From: Azolla caroliniana
Taxonomy: Eukaryota > Plantae > Polypodiophyta
NCBI GenBank assembly: GCA_043228905.1
Contig: JBHGNT010000237.1
Span: 1 to 46,793, forward strand
Length of the DNA: 46,793 bases
Direction: 5' to 3'
The stretch's first letter is position 1. Every line of letters starts with the position of its first letter. The notes under the pieces were generated by a model. It ran no database searches, had not been told where the DNA came from, and saw only the letters and a program-made list of their open reading frames with translations. Made by a program: the position numbers and the translations under genes. Below are positions 10,510 through 22,483 of this stretch, in pieces.

Positions 10510-13500
10510 ATGGAAGGCGGCGGTAGTGGGCCTCCGGGCATGATGGTGTTGAACTCACAGAACTACGCCGACTGGAAGATAAAGATGGAAGACCTTCTCA
10601 TCGTCCGAGACCTGTATGAACCGATCGACAATGCCGAGATACCCAAGGGGGTAATAGAGTCGGAGTGGAAGCTCCTGAACCGGAAAGCCGTAGCGACGAT
10701 CCGGCAATATGTCGATGTAAGTGTTCTGCAACATGTGGCGAACGATACGAACGCCTATGAGATGTGGCAGAAGCTGTCCGGACTGTATGAGAGGAAGAAT
10801 GCTCTGACCCGGACCTCCCTGATGAGGAAGATAGTGAATCTTAAGTACCGGGACGGCGAGAGCATGGCCGAACACGTCAGCACGTTCATGGGATTCGTGA
10901 ACCAGCTTGCGGCGATCAAGTTCCCGTTGGATGACGCAATGCAAGCCATCATGCTGATGTGTACCCTTCCGGAGAGCTGGGAAAATTTGGTAGTTACTCT
11001 CAGCACCTCCTGTAAGGAAGAGAACTTGTCTTTACTAACGGTAAAGACAAGTATTCTAAATGAAGAAGCGCGTCGGAGAGATAAAGAACCGGCCTCCGAC
11101 TCGAAGGCGCTGCTTACCGAATCGGAACGGGGAAGACAACGGAACCGGAGTCCGCAAAGACGGGAGAAGTCGGGGACACGGTCGCAGTCGAGGGGAAGAC
11201 CTACATGCTTCTACTGTGGGAAGCCGGGGCACTTCCAGAAGAACTGTCGGCATTTCCGGAAAGACAACGGAACCGACGGTACCGATTCGAAGAAGTCACC
11301 TGAGCGAAACGGTGCATACCGGGGAGCCACGGACCGGAGAGGTCCGGATCAGCGAGGGCAGGACCGGAAAGGAACGACGGCACTCGCGGCAAGTGAAGAA
11401 GAGATAATGCTCATTACCGAAGAGAGGGAGCTGAACCTTGCCGGTGAAGAGATGACCTGGGTGGTCGATTCCGGAGCGTCGTTCCACCTGACCCCGGAGA
11501 AGAAATACTTCTCATCCTACACAGCCGGTGAGCACGGCTGTGTCCGGATGGGAAATGAAGGTACATGCCGGATTGCCGGCATAGGAGACGTGTGGCTGAT
11601 GACATCGACCGGATGCAAGATGCTGCTGAAGGATGTCCGACACGTTCCGGAGGTTCGATTGAACTTGATTTCGGCCGGGAGGCTAGACGATGAAGGCTAC
11701 ACGGGTAGCATCCGGAACGACGTCATGAAGTTCAGCAAAGGGAGCCTGATAGTGGCTCGGGCCCGGAAGGTCAACACACTGTACCTGATGAATTCCCGGC
11801 TATGTCCGGAGGAGCTGAACGTGGCAGCTGACACTACCGATGAGCTGTGGCACAAGAGACTGTGCCACATGAGCGAGAAGGGGATGAAGAGGCTTGCCAA
11901 AGACAACCTGATACCGGTAAAGCACGTACACCTGGGGAAGTGTACCGACTGTCTGGCCGGTAAGCAGAACCGAACCTCCTTCCACTCAAGGCCACCGACG
12001 AGACGTAGCGCACCATTGGAGTTGGTGCACACTGACGTGTGTCAAGTAGAAACGAAGTCACATGGCGGAGCCCAGTACTTCGTGACATTCATTGCTGACC
12101 ACAGCCGGAAGCTGTGGACGGCACCGTTGAAGACAAAGGACCAAGTATTGTCCGTCTTCAAAGAACTCCACGCGAGAGTGGAAAGAGAATCCGGAAAGAA
12201 GCTGAAAGCACTACGAGCGGATAACGGAGGAGAATACCGAGGGCAATTTGAGGAGTATTGCCGTTCGATGGGAATCCGGCTCGAGTTTACTGTGCCGAAG
12301 ACGCCGGAACTAAACGGGTTGGCCGCGAGGATGAACCGGACCATAATGGAGAGGGTCCGGAGTATGCTAGCACATGCGAAATTACCCAAGGGATTTTGGG
12401 CTGAGGCAATGTCGACGGCGACATATGTGATAAATAGATCACCCTCAGTACCCCTGGATGGAGACACGCCACAGAGAGTGTGGACCGGTAAGGAAGCGTC
12501 CTACCGGCATCTGAAAGTGTTCGGGTGTCTCGCATACGTGCATGTGGCAAAGGACCGGAGAGGAAAGTTAGATCCAAAGACCCGGCCATGCATATTCCTC
12601 GGTTACGGCGACAACGAGTTCGGCTACCGAGTATGGGACCCGGTCGATAAGAAGATATTCAGGAGTCGAGATATCATCTTCATGGAGGACAAGACGCTCG
12701 CCGACTGGGAGTCGGAGAAGAAGATGAAGAGCTCCAAGTCGACCGGTGAGAATCAACTCTACGAGGAGCAGTCCCGACCGGCAAGGGACCGGTTAGCACT
12801 CGAGGATCCGGCCGAAGACGGTGAAGAAACAGAACCGGTCGAGGAAGATGAAACTGATACCGGAACCGGCCCCGATCCCGAAATGAATTCGGATGAAGAG
12901 GAAACGGAGGAGCCGGTTACCGAAGCTCCGGAACGGAGATATCCTCTAAGAGAGAGAAGCCCCCCCCGGAGATTTCCGGAACCAGAGCACGTGCTGCTAA
13001 CCGACGAGGGGGAGCCGGAGAGTTTTGAAGAAGCAAAGCTTGACACCCATAGCCGCAGGTGGCTAAGTGCCATGCAGGAGGAGATGGAGTCCCTGCATGA
13101 GAACCACACATATGAACTTGTGGAGTTGCCGAAAGGAAAGCGGCCACTTCGAAACAAGTGGGTGTTCAAGCTGAAACCGGGAGATGCCGGGAACCCCCCG
13201 AGATACAAAGCCAGGATCGTGGTGAAAGGGTTCCAGCAGAAGAAGGGCGTCGACTTCGACGAGATATTTGCCCCGGTAGTGAAGATGACCTCCATCCGGA
13301 CGGTGCTGAGCATAGCGGCAAGCATGGACCTCGAGGTAGAACAGATGGACGTGAAGACGGCATTCCTTCACGGTGACCTCGAAGAAGAGATCTACATGCA
13401 GCAACCGGAAGGATTCGAGAAGAAAGGGAAGGAGCACCTGGTATGCCGGTTGAAGAAGAGCCTTTACGGACTGAAGCAGGCTCCCCGGCAGTGGTACCGG

Positions 13501-14583
13501 AAGTTCGACTCTTTCATGACCAACGAAGGATACCGCAAAACGCAGTCCGATCACTGCGTGTTTGTGAAGAAGTTCGAAGGAGGAGACTTTCTAATACTCC
13601 TCCTGTACGTGGACGACATGTTGATCGTCGGACGGGACCATGTCAAGATACGGATGCTGAAGAAGGCTCTTCACCGAACCTTCTCAATGAAGGACTTGGT
13701 TCCGGCGAGGCAAATATTGGGGATGCACATCATCCGGGACCGGAAGAAGAAGCAGTTGTGGCTGTCACAGGAGAAGTACGTGACAAAGGTGCTTCAACGG
13801 TTCAACATGTCGGAAGCAAGACCGGTCGGGTCAACCCTCCCGGCAAACTGCAAGCTGTCCAGCAAGCAAAGCCCCAAGACAAAGGCTGAGAAGGAGGAAA
13901 TGATGAAAGTACCATATGCCTCTGCCGTCGGAAGCTTGATGTACGCAATGGTGTGTACAAGACCGGACATAGGATATGCAGTCGGAGTGGTGAGCCGGTA
14001 CATGAGCAATCCCGGAAAAGAGCACTGGAACGCGGTCAAGTGGATACTCCGATACCTGAAGGGCACGGCAAACGTGTGCCTCCGATTCGGCTCCGGCAAG
14101 CCCGAACTCGACGGCTTTACCGATTCGGATATGTCGGCTGATGCAGATACCAGCCGGTCCACATCAGGGTATGTGATGACGTATGCAGGGGGAGCTGTTT
14201 CGTGGCAGTCGAGGCTGCAGAAGACGGTTGCGTTGTCAACCACGGAGGCGGAGTACATGGCGGCTGTTGAAGCCGGCAAGGAAATAATATGGATGAAGGA
14301 CTTCATTAGAGAGCTCGGTATCCGGCAGGAGGAGTACCGACTCTACTGCGACAGTCAGAGTGCCATCCACCTTGCGAAGAACGCAGCCTACCATTCCCGG
14401 ACGAAACACATCCAGCGTAGATACCACTGGATCCGGGAAAGGATAGAAGACAAGGAGTTCGTGCTGACGAAGATTCACACGGACGAGAACGGGTCGGATA
14501 TGCTGACCAAGGTGCTCACACCCGACAAGCTGGAAGCATGCCGGAAGAGGATTGGATTGGAGAGACATCCCATGCCGAAGTGA
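10510..14583 (+). CDS. Copia gag-pol polyprotein, 1357 aa (Gag, CCHC, protease, integrase, RT, RNase H)
   Basis: CFYCGKPGHFQKNC, WVVDSGA, LWHKRLCH, LVHTDV/RADNGGEY, LYVDDML, FTDSD/TEAEY/YCDSQ. Confidence 0.96.
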   Translation: MEGGGSGPPGMMVLNSQNYADWKIKMEDLLIVRDLYEPIDNAEIPKGVIESEWKLLNRKAVATIRQYVDVSVLQHVANDTNAYEMWQKLSGLYERKNALTRTSLMRKIVNLKYRDGESMAEHVSTFMGFVNQLAAIKFPLDDAMQAIMLMCTLPESWENLVVTLSTSCKEENLSLLTVKTSILNEEARRRDKEPASDSKALLTESERGRQRNRSPQRREKSGTRSQSRGRPTCFYCGKPGHFQKNCRHFRKDNGTDGTDSKKSPERNGAYRGATDRRGPDQRGQDRKGTTALAASEEEIMLITEERELNLAGEEMTWVVDSGASFHLTPEKKYFSSYTAGEHGCVRMGNEGTCRIAGIGDVWLMTSTGCKMLLKDVRHVPEVRLNLISAGRLDDEGYTGSIRNDVMKFSKGSLIVARARKVNTLYLMNSRLCPEELNVAADTTDELWHKRLCHMSEKGMKRLAKDNLIPVKHVHLGKCTDCLAGKQNRTSFHSRPPTRRSAPLELVHTDVCQVETKSHGGAQYFVTFIADHSRKLWTAPLKTKDQVLSVFKELHARVERESGKKLKALRADNGGEYRGQFEEYCRSMGIRLEFTVPKTPELNGLAARMNRTIMERVRSMLAHAKLPKGFWAEAMSTATYVINRSPSVPLDGDTPQRVWTGKEASYRHLKVFGCLAYVHVAKDRRGKLDPKTRPCIFLGYGDNEFGYRVWDPVDKKIFRSRDIIFMEDKTLADWESEKKMKSSKSTGENQLYEEQSRPARDRLALEDPAEDGEETEPVEEDETDTGTGPDPEMNSDEEETEEPVTEAPERRYPLRERSPPRRFPEPEHVLLTDEGEPESFEEAKLDTHSRRWLSAMQEEMESLHENHTYELVELPKGKRPLRNKWVFKLKPGDAGNPPRYKARIVVKGFQQKKGVDFDEIFAPVVKMTSIRTVLSIAASMDLEVEQMDVKTAFLHGDLEEEIYMQQPEGFEKKGKEHLVCRLKKSLYGLKQAPRQWYRKFDSFMTNEGYRKTQSDHCVFVKKFEGGDFLILLLYVDDMLIVGRDHVKIRMLKKALHRTFSMKDLVPARQILGMHIIRDRKKKQLWLSQEKYVTKVLQRFNMSEARPVGSTLPANCKLSSKQSPKTKAEKEEMMKVPYASAVGSLMYAMVCTRPDIGYAVGVVSRYMSNPGKEHWNAVKWILRYLKGTANVCLRFGSGKPELDGFTDSDMSADADTSRSTSGYVMTYAGGAVSWQSRLQKTVALSTTEAEYMAAVEAGKEIIWMKDFIRELGIRQEEYRLYCDSQSAIHLAKNAAYHSRTKHIQRRYHWIRERIEDKEFVLTKIHTDENGSDMLTKVLTPDKLEACRKRIGLERHPMPK

Positions 14584-14591
14584 AGGGGGAG
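14582..14591 (+). promoter_or_regulatory. Polypurine tract
   Basis: GAAGGGGGAG 2 nt before the 3' LTR. Confidence 0.9.
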
Positions 14592-14593
14592 TT

Positions 14594-15224
14594 TGTTGGG
14601 ATTTCGGTCCCTCCGGATGGGATGTCCGGAGATGAATGACGGCAAGCCCGGTTGCGGTTACGGAACCGGAGGATGAAGAGTACCCGGCATGAAGCCGGAT
14701 GAAGAGTACCCGGCTACGGATCCGGATGATGATGACCCCGGCTACGGAGCCGGATGACGAATGTACCCGGAGAGAGATCCAGATGCGGGGACATATTTGT
14801 GAATATGTTTGCCAAGGGCCCTTGAGGCTGTATTTGTAAATAGCCCGAAAGTCATATGTGTATAAATATGACTTAGGGCAAACAGTTTGTTGTTGTTGCT
14901 CATTTTTTCTGTTTGCCACTTAGAGGGAGTGGAGAGAGCAGCCGAGAGAGAGAGAGAGAGAGAGGAGGTCGTTGCCTCTGTGTATTACCGCCGCCTGTGG
15001 CGAAGACAGTGAGCTCAAGGTTGTTGCTTTGTAGCTTCACCATTGTACATCTCTGTTCATAGTGATAGTTGGAGTTTGAGGACTCCCGTGGTTTTTCCCA
15101 TTTAGGGTTTTCCACGTATAACATCCTGTGTACTCTCCTCTCTGTTGTCTTCGTGCATTTTGTATTTCCTGTTTTCTGTGAGTTAATCCTATTCCTCGGT
15201 TGTGGCCGAGCGCTGAGTTTGACA
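14594..15224 (+). repeat. Copia 3' LTR (631 bp)
   Basis: Direct repeat of 9822-10478. Confidence 0.95.
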
Positions 15225-15934
15225 TTATATTTAGTACAACGATCATTATGGTGACCCCATATGCGACGATTTGTCGAACATTATGTTCTGACATGTGATA
15301 CATGTTGTAGAGAAAATATGCCAAGACATCATCCATATGGTTTATTTGAACCATTACCGATTCCAAGAAAGCCATGGCAATCCATTGCTCTAAATTTCAT
15401 CACCAATCTTCCAGTTTCTAAGGGATTTGATGTGATTAACAATAGTAGATTGATATACGAAGATGGCCCCCACCATGTACTAAGGAAATCACTAGTGAAG
15501 AAACCACCGAAACTATCATGCGTGAGGTATGTCGGCATCATGGCCTCCCCGATAGTATCATCAGCGACCGTGGACCCTAGTTTGTCTCGAAATTCTGGAA
15601 GTACCTCTTCAAAATGCTCAAGGTCATTTGTAACCTCTCCTCCGGCTACCAGTGGCAAACAGACGGACAAGCAAAACGAATAAATCAAACGCTGGAACAT
15701 TATCTTCGGTGTTTTCTAAGCTATCACCAAGATGATTGGGTGGATATTCTCCACTTCGCCGAATTTGCGTATAATAACTCTGTCCACTCATCGACTAAGG
15801 TTACACCATTTTATGCTTATACAGGCTATCATCCCTAGTGGTGTGTATTCGAAACTTCAGAGTTACCCACAAATCCTTGTGTAGAAGCTCGTTTTGAATG
15901 GTTACACAAGATACATACGGATTTATCTACTCAT

Positions 15935-17611
15935 TTACCAGGACGCGAACTTGTCAAACACAACGTCACGGCTCACGCACGCTTGTTTGGTGCAAGGGTT
16001 ATAACACTTATAACCCTTATGCTTGTCCGAGTAGCCAACTAAGATACACTTCTCGTCTTTCGCGTCCAGCTTCCTCCGTTTCTCCTTCGCTACATGCACA
16101 TACGCAATGCTACCGAAAACTCTCAAGTGTCATAGATTCAGCTTCCTTCCGAAATACTGCTCATGAGCCGACACTTTGTCTCCGATCCGATTCTAGATGT
16201 ATACTGCGGTTCGTACCACCTCCACCCAATAGAACTTGGGCAAGCTCTTCTCCTCCAGCATTGCCCATGCAACTTCTACAATTGACCGGTTCTTCGTCTC
16301 AGCCACGCCGTTTTCCTCCGGCGTGTATCTACAACTGAATTCGCGCTGAATTCCCATCTGTTGCAGATAGCCGTTGAATTGACCGGAAAAGTATTCTTTT
16401 CCACCATCCGACCACAAGCACTTGATCTTTCGTCCTATTTTCTGTTTCCACGAACCCTTTGAGGTCCCGGAAACAATCGAAGACTTCACTCTTCTTCTCG
16501 ATGAGGTAGATCCACGTGTGCCACGTATAGTCGTCGATGAAGGAGACAAAATATCGACTCCCACCAAGACTAACGTTCTGTGTCGGCCCCCGTACATCGG
16601 AATGTATCAAGTCAAGCTTGTTCCGGCTCCAGTTACGCTCGTTCTCCCGTGTGCACACAATAGTTCGGAATGCTCCCCTGAGACAGATCTGCACCATCTC
16701 GCCTTCCTTGACGTTCACATCAATGGAGGCTAGGGAGTCTCATATATCTTTGATCTTTGAGATGTAATCAGCCACTGACAAATCGCGTTGTCGTAGGTTG
16801 CTCAGCTCCTGTCGGAGTTGAAGCTTTCTAGTTGTAGTGCTTGCAGCGAAAATCTTCTTCAGATTTCCCCAAGAATCTTTCGGCTTTTTTGCATCCCGAA
16901 TGTAGCTTAGGAGTTGTTCGGCCCACAAAAGACACGAAGCAGTACAGTACTCTGCTTGCCGACTATTCCCATGCCGGGAAATCTTTGTGTGTTGATTCGG
17001 GTGATGTGTCATTTGCTCCGTCGACATAGCTCCAGTAACTGTGCCCGAGCAGGTACTGGTGCATCTTGTAGGACCAAAACGCATAGTTGTTTCTGTCGAG
17101 CTTCTCGGTAGGAAGCGAGTTGGCCATCCCTCTATCCATTTTGTTCTTTTTTTTTTTCTTCTTAGTTAGTTTTCTTTTCAAGCTATGTCGGTTGCAGAGG
17201 TTCTCAACCCTCGAGCTCTGATACCATGTGAAAGATTATGTGCGGAAGCAATAGAAAACCGAACACAAAAAATAGGCAGGTTTAATGGAGAGCTTGAATA
17301 TACACAGTACATGGGAGAGACAGAGAGAACACACAAAACTCTATTCCAAAACAATACTCTAAAATGATGTACATAGGATGTGCTCAGAGGGCACTTTTAT
17401 ACAAGTCTATACGGACTGACAAAAGTACTAACACGTACGCCAATGCTCATAATTGAGCTCTACACTAACTCCCAAAATATATTCCTACGCGGAATATCTT
17501 TCTAACGGCCTCGCGGTTTACGCACCGGTCCGGCCTAACCGATCGGCCCCAACCGATCCGGTTCTCGACTTGCACAGACGATTCAGTCAATGTTGAGCTT
17601 GTATCTCAACA
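15935..17611 (-). mobile_element. Internally deleted, 3'-truncated copia related to 31223-42290
   Basis: LTR 17227-17611; PBS TGGTATCAGAGC (17226-17215); gag MANSLPTEKLDRNNY; gag joined directly to integrase LIHSDV..WSDGGKEY. Confidence 0.87.
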
Positions 17612-19105
17612 GATCTCTTGTGGGGAAAAGGCAAATGCTTTCCCGTGCCACTTCAACAGAGTTGATCGGAATCACTATGTTGAGTTGCAGTTTCGATTCG
17701 ATGACTTTCTCCATTTCCCCATCAAATGATATTATCTCCATGTACCTATTTATTGCCTCTTCCTCATTCATAATCCCGATTTCTCTAAGTTTTTACTATA
17801 AGATTTCTATTTTAATATCTCCTCCGTTAATGGTTCTAAATTTACACATTCCATTTTCAGGAAACAAGACTTCCTTTTCATTAATGGGGTGACAACTTTT
17901 ATTACATTGACTGGAAACATAATAAGATGTCTTGGACTATTGTTGTCCATCTCCCTAATAGCTCGAATTAAAAATCCTCCCTATATTCTTTCCTAACCTA
18001 TGCCTATTTCTCTCATGGTTTGGTCGCATGGTGAGGAATTAAACCAAGCTTGTCCCATCCTGACTTCCTATCCACGCATAGGCCGAGCCAAAACATTATC
18101 AAGTACTTTTGTCTCCATCTGGGATGTTGTAATGTAAGGATTGCCAAGGATGACAAGATGTGACCCTTACCTTAACGTTATTTTAGGCACCATGAAGCTC
18201 TTCCATCGCCCTTCTAGTTGCTCGAGTCTTCCACCCATGCCTAGTATTAATGGGCCTACAACCTTTCTGATAGAAGTCAAGCGACATGAGCTTGATCTCC
18301 GAGCCATGATCAATCAACATCACCACTGGATCTCGGCAGTGGCTCTAGCCCAATGTGGCATTACAAAATGTCTATCCATAAATTCTTCTTCAATTTCGAG
18401 ACCTTCCTTTGTGATAGCACTCGTTGAGACATTTGCCGGTTTGGCTCCTTCTTCAGTTGTTGTCAATCTCATCGTTTTCATTAAGTCTCCTTCTCTGCAA
18501 TTCCCAGGATTTCCCATAGTGTGAACTCGATTCGGCTATCCAGGATCCTTTCTTCCATCACACACTTAAACTTGGTGGTTTGCTCTATTTCTTATTGGAG
18601 CTTGAATGTTTGATTTATTTTTTGTTTCCCTTTTTCAAACATTGTCCGAGATAGTGATGACTCTTCTCTTCTTTGAACAATTTTCCTCATTTCATGCTTC
18701 TTTGAAGAGTCTTCTTGGTCATCTGGTCTTTTTCGTTTCTCTTCATCTAGGATGTTGTAGTTTTGACACATGGACTCCACGAAGCTAGACTTCTCCTCCA
18801 CGGGGTCCTCCCATCCCGTCATTGCTTGGACTCTTTGTTGCGCTTTGAACGCCTCGTTCATGCAGAGATTCCCTTTCCTAAATTGGTTCAATATGATCGG
18901 CCAAAATTCTCCTACTTGAGACTCTCCGCCTCTCGTCTCGTGTCCAGCTTGGGGGTCTCAGACCAAAGATCTGGTGGGAGTAGGAAGGTCGTCCTAATAT
19001 TTTCGTCGGATCGGTGTCCAGATGGGTTCTCAGATGTTGGACAACTAGCACACGGGTTCGGAGATTAGTTTGCTCCGGACCGGTTTTTGGATAATGAGCA
19101 ACAAG
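17612..19105 (-). pseudogene. Decayed gypsy gag/protease-region remnant, probably family A
   Basis: Fragments such as RHFVMPHWARATAE and AMTGWEDPVE; many stops; boundaries uncertain. Confidence 0.5.
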
Positions 19106-19561
19106 TGTTAATCGGCTAATTACTAACTACTACCGATACAGAAGAGTGAACATCGCTACTCAACGTTCTAACAAGGAATTGTGTTTTACGAACAGAAATA
19201 TACTATATTAATCGGTAATTACCGTGATCGTTACTTAGTTATAAATTAGGAAGATTGCACTTAACAAAATAGACAATAGAAAGAACACAGAATCCGTACA
19301 TGATATTCCTAACTTAAACTTATATTACTAAATAAACGACCTTTCTTACAATGCCTTCGGTTCCCTTTTATAGGTATACCGAAGGTCTTTTCTCATAAAG
19401 AACTATTCCTACTTACTATCAAGAATTACAAAATTATCTAACTAACTTAGTTCTCTTCGTTCACTGCTGAGTCATCGATCCGAACAGTCGATCCGAACCG
19501 ACTCCGTTTTCGACGCTTTCCCACTTGTTCGGTAAAACTGACTGTCCGGGTCCGGGTAACA
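19106..19561 (-). repeat. 3' LTR
   Basis: TGTTA...TAACA, direct repeat of 28072-28527. Confidence 0.95.
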
Positions 19562-19831
19562 CTTGGCACGTCCGTGGGCCAGGACCTTGTCCAGTGAACC
19601 CACGCCTATTTCTGTAGCTCTTCATCCGAATCGTTCAGAATATCAAAAATCGAAGGCTCTTCTGGCCTTGGATGTATTCCATCTATATCTTCCTCTTCAT
19701 CTTCATCTTCATCTGTGTCACAGTCGTCATTCGGAGCAGGTTTTGAATGTTGTGATTCGGTTGGCTGCTCTGGTTCACTTCTTCCGGGAGCTTGAAGACC
19801 AGGAGTCTTGCTGGTTCTTTCGGCTTCGATT

Positions 19832-22348
19832 TTATCCAACGGAAGTGCCTATATCATTTTTGTCGAATTCTTGCATAATACGTTGAATTTCTTCTCTGTA
19901 AAATGCCACAATTTCGTCCATATCTTTCATGATATCCTCTTGGATATTGTCAATATCCTTTTGTGCCATTTAAAAAAAACCTGCACCTTGGACCTGACGG
20001 TTATTTTTGTCGGCACGCAATAACTGTAATTCCGCCGCTTGTGCCGTCCATAACTTCCATCCTTGCGCAAGGGATTCGTCGATCATTTTCTTTGCTAGGT
20101 TTCGATGTTTCCCTATGATGTGCTGCACTTTGTCCTTAGTGATGCTTGCGTCGAATTGAGCGGCTTGCAACTCTTTCCGTAAATCCGTAATGGTGGCTCG
20201 GTTTTCACTTTCAGCCTGCATTAGTTTGGATTCGACTACATATATGTCCAACCGCCTTTGTTCCGATATCTTCCGGATTTCGTTCAGTTGTTGTTCGAAT
20301 GCCGATTTCTCTTTGCTCCATTCCTCTTGTTGTTCCGTAATTCTTCTGTTGACTTCTTCAAGACTCCGCTCTTTTTCTGTCAATTGACTTTCCTGTGACA
20401 CTATATACCTTTCGAATTCCTCAATTTGTTCGGTATATGTATGATTGGCCGTCTTAGCTTCTTCCAGATTTTTCTGTAATTCGTTTATTAATTGATTTTT
20501 TTCTTCGAGAACTTTGTATTGGCCATTCTGAATGGTTTCTATTTGTTTTTCTAATTCTGTAGTTCGAAATACAGCATTGTTGGCCCTTGTTGTTTCTGCT
20601 TGACGTGCTTTCTCGGCATCCTCCAATTTATGCTGCCATTCTGACTCCGACGCCATAGGTCGTGCCTGTGTTTCCCATTTGTTTAGACTTTCTTTTAGTT
20701 CTTTATTTTTTGTCTGTATGTTACAAAACTGACGTTTCAGCACCTCCGCCGATGCTGATACACTTTTGTATCTTTCAGCCATATCACTGGCTGCTTTGCG
20801 TGCCTTTTCATATTCTCTATGAATTTCGACCAATGCTTCAGGTAATGGTGGCATTTCAATAGCCTCCCCTCTATTCTGTGCATTTCTTTTCCGGCCGATT
20901 TTCTCTATCTCTGCTTTTTCTTGAGGTTCCAACACTCCTCGTAAGGACTTCTGTATCATTATTCGGTCATGATGTTCTTGAGCCAGCCGTTCTGATACTT
21001 CTGTCAATCTTCTAGCCAACCATTCAACCAGTTCGTATGAAGTTCCGAACTGTAAAATGGCAGCTAATTCATGTGCTGCTGGTGGAATATCCAAGCACCC
21101 ATGTGCTTCCCGAATTGCTACTTTTGAAGATTGTCCTTGTTGAAGTTGTGTCGAAACGCTCTCATTCCCTGGTTTTATTACTTCTGTTACTACAGGCGTA
21201 TTCGAATTTTCCTTTGTGCGTTGCCTTTTCGGTGCTGACTCATCACTGTTTTCTGGTTGGAATTGCCGATTAGCCTTTTGTTTAACCCTTGTCCTCTGTG
21301 GCATCTTCTCTGCTTGTTGTCGATTTTCTGTCGACTGCTGCTTGTTTATCAAATGGTCAACAGTTTCTTGTTCGGCTGCTGGTTGCCTGTTTTCGGAATT
21401 CTCTGGTCTTGGTGGTTCTGACTGAGGCATTTCCGTTTGTATATTATCGGCATGTGCCGATTCTTCCTCTATCCATTCTTCATGTGCTACCTGTCGGTGT
21501 CTTCGAGGTGCTTGTACTATCGGTGGTCTTCTTGACTGAACAGGAGTTTCCGATTCTTGAATCGGAGACAATACCGATAGCCAACGACCAAAAATTTGCT
21601 TCATTGGTTTTCCTGTTTTTACCCCTTGTAGCTGCTCTCTCAGAGCTTCCCCCGACAATAGTGGCCAGTTGAAATCCTCTTTTTCGTATGCGGCTATGAT
21701 AAACCCAGCCCTTTTTTTCGGCATACAATAAAAACGGGGACTGACAAATCCCACCTCTAGTAAAAATCTAGCCACTTCATGGAAAAACTCATCCCGACCT
21801 CCATAAGTCTGATATGCTTTTGCCGAGGGTGAGTATTCTCCGAAATACGATTGGAGTGCTTCTGATGAAGGTTTTTTAACTGCATCAAAGCCTCCTCTTG
21901 GCATCTGTAATGCATTTCGTATTTTCTTTGTGGTGACCTTGGTGATGTCTAATTGTTGTACCAATTCTTCCGCCTGCGGATGAGGTTCCGCTTCTGCTAC
22001 TTTGATGAAACCTTGTAAGTTTCTCTCATGAAGCCACAGTCGCAGTTCTTCAAACACAGGAATCGGCATGACTTCTGTGTTTGCTTGTTCTGAATCACTT
22101 GTCGATGATGGTTGGAGATCTGCACAGCTTCTGTAGCGATGAAAATAAAAAAAACAGAGTTTGGGCGAGCTAGGGCACGAAGGCTCAGAATATTTCGAGA
22201 TCTGCACTCGTTTCTGTTGCTTTGGCGACACAGAAGATACAGAAATATGCTTTAAAGATATTAACTTATGCATTATGACTAAAGAATAGTAATTGCTATT
22301 AATGTAGGAATTAATTAGTATTAACTCTACGTGTAGTGGTTGTACCAC
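19832..22348 (-). CDS. Extra ORF downstream of pol: globular N-terminus, disordered linker, long coiled coil; true start uncertain (ATG near 22069 plausible)
   Basis: 792 codons open to TAA at 19970, then 45 further in-frame codons (MAQKDIDNIQED..); E/K/Q-rich heptad-like region; acidic ORF 19606-19839 may be its tail. Confidence 0.75.
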
Positions 22349-22483
22349 TTACTAATAATAATGCAATTCCTCTTCCTATTTATAGTCGATTCAGACTGTT
22401 ATGGCAAGATTCTATTTCTGCATTGACAAGAACTATTGAGTGAGTTAGTTAGTTTTTTTTTTATTTTTTATTTTTTATTTTTT

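Larger units (their letters stand above)
9822..15224 (+). mobile_element. Complete young Ty1/copia retrotransposon (Tnt1/Tork-like)
   Basis: Two LTRs with ~5 substitutions; TSD TTATA (9817-9821 / 15225-15229); PBS, PPT and single ORF. Confidence 0.97.

Noticed and set aside
10555-14919. Many antisense and alternate-frame ORFs over the copia polyprotein
   Set aside because: Shadow ORFs of GC-rich coding sequence with no recognisable domains
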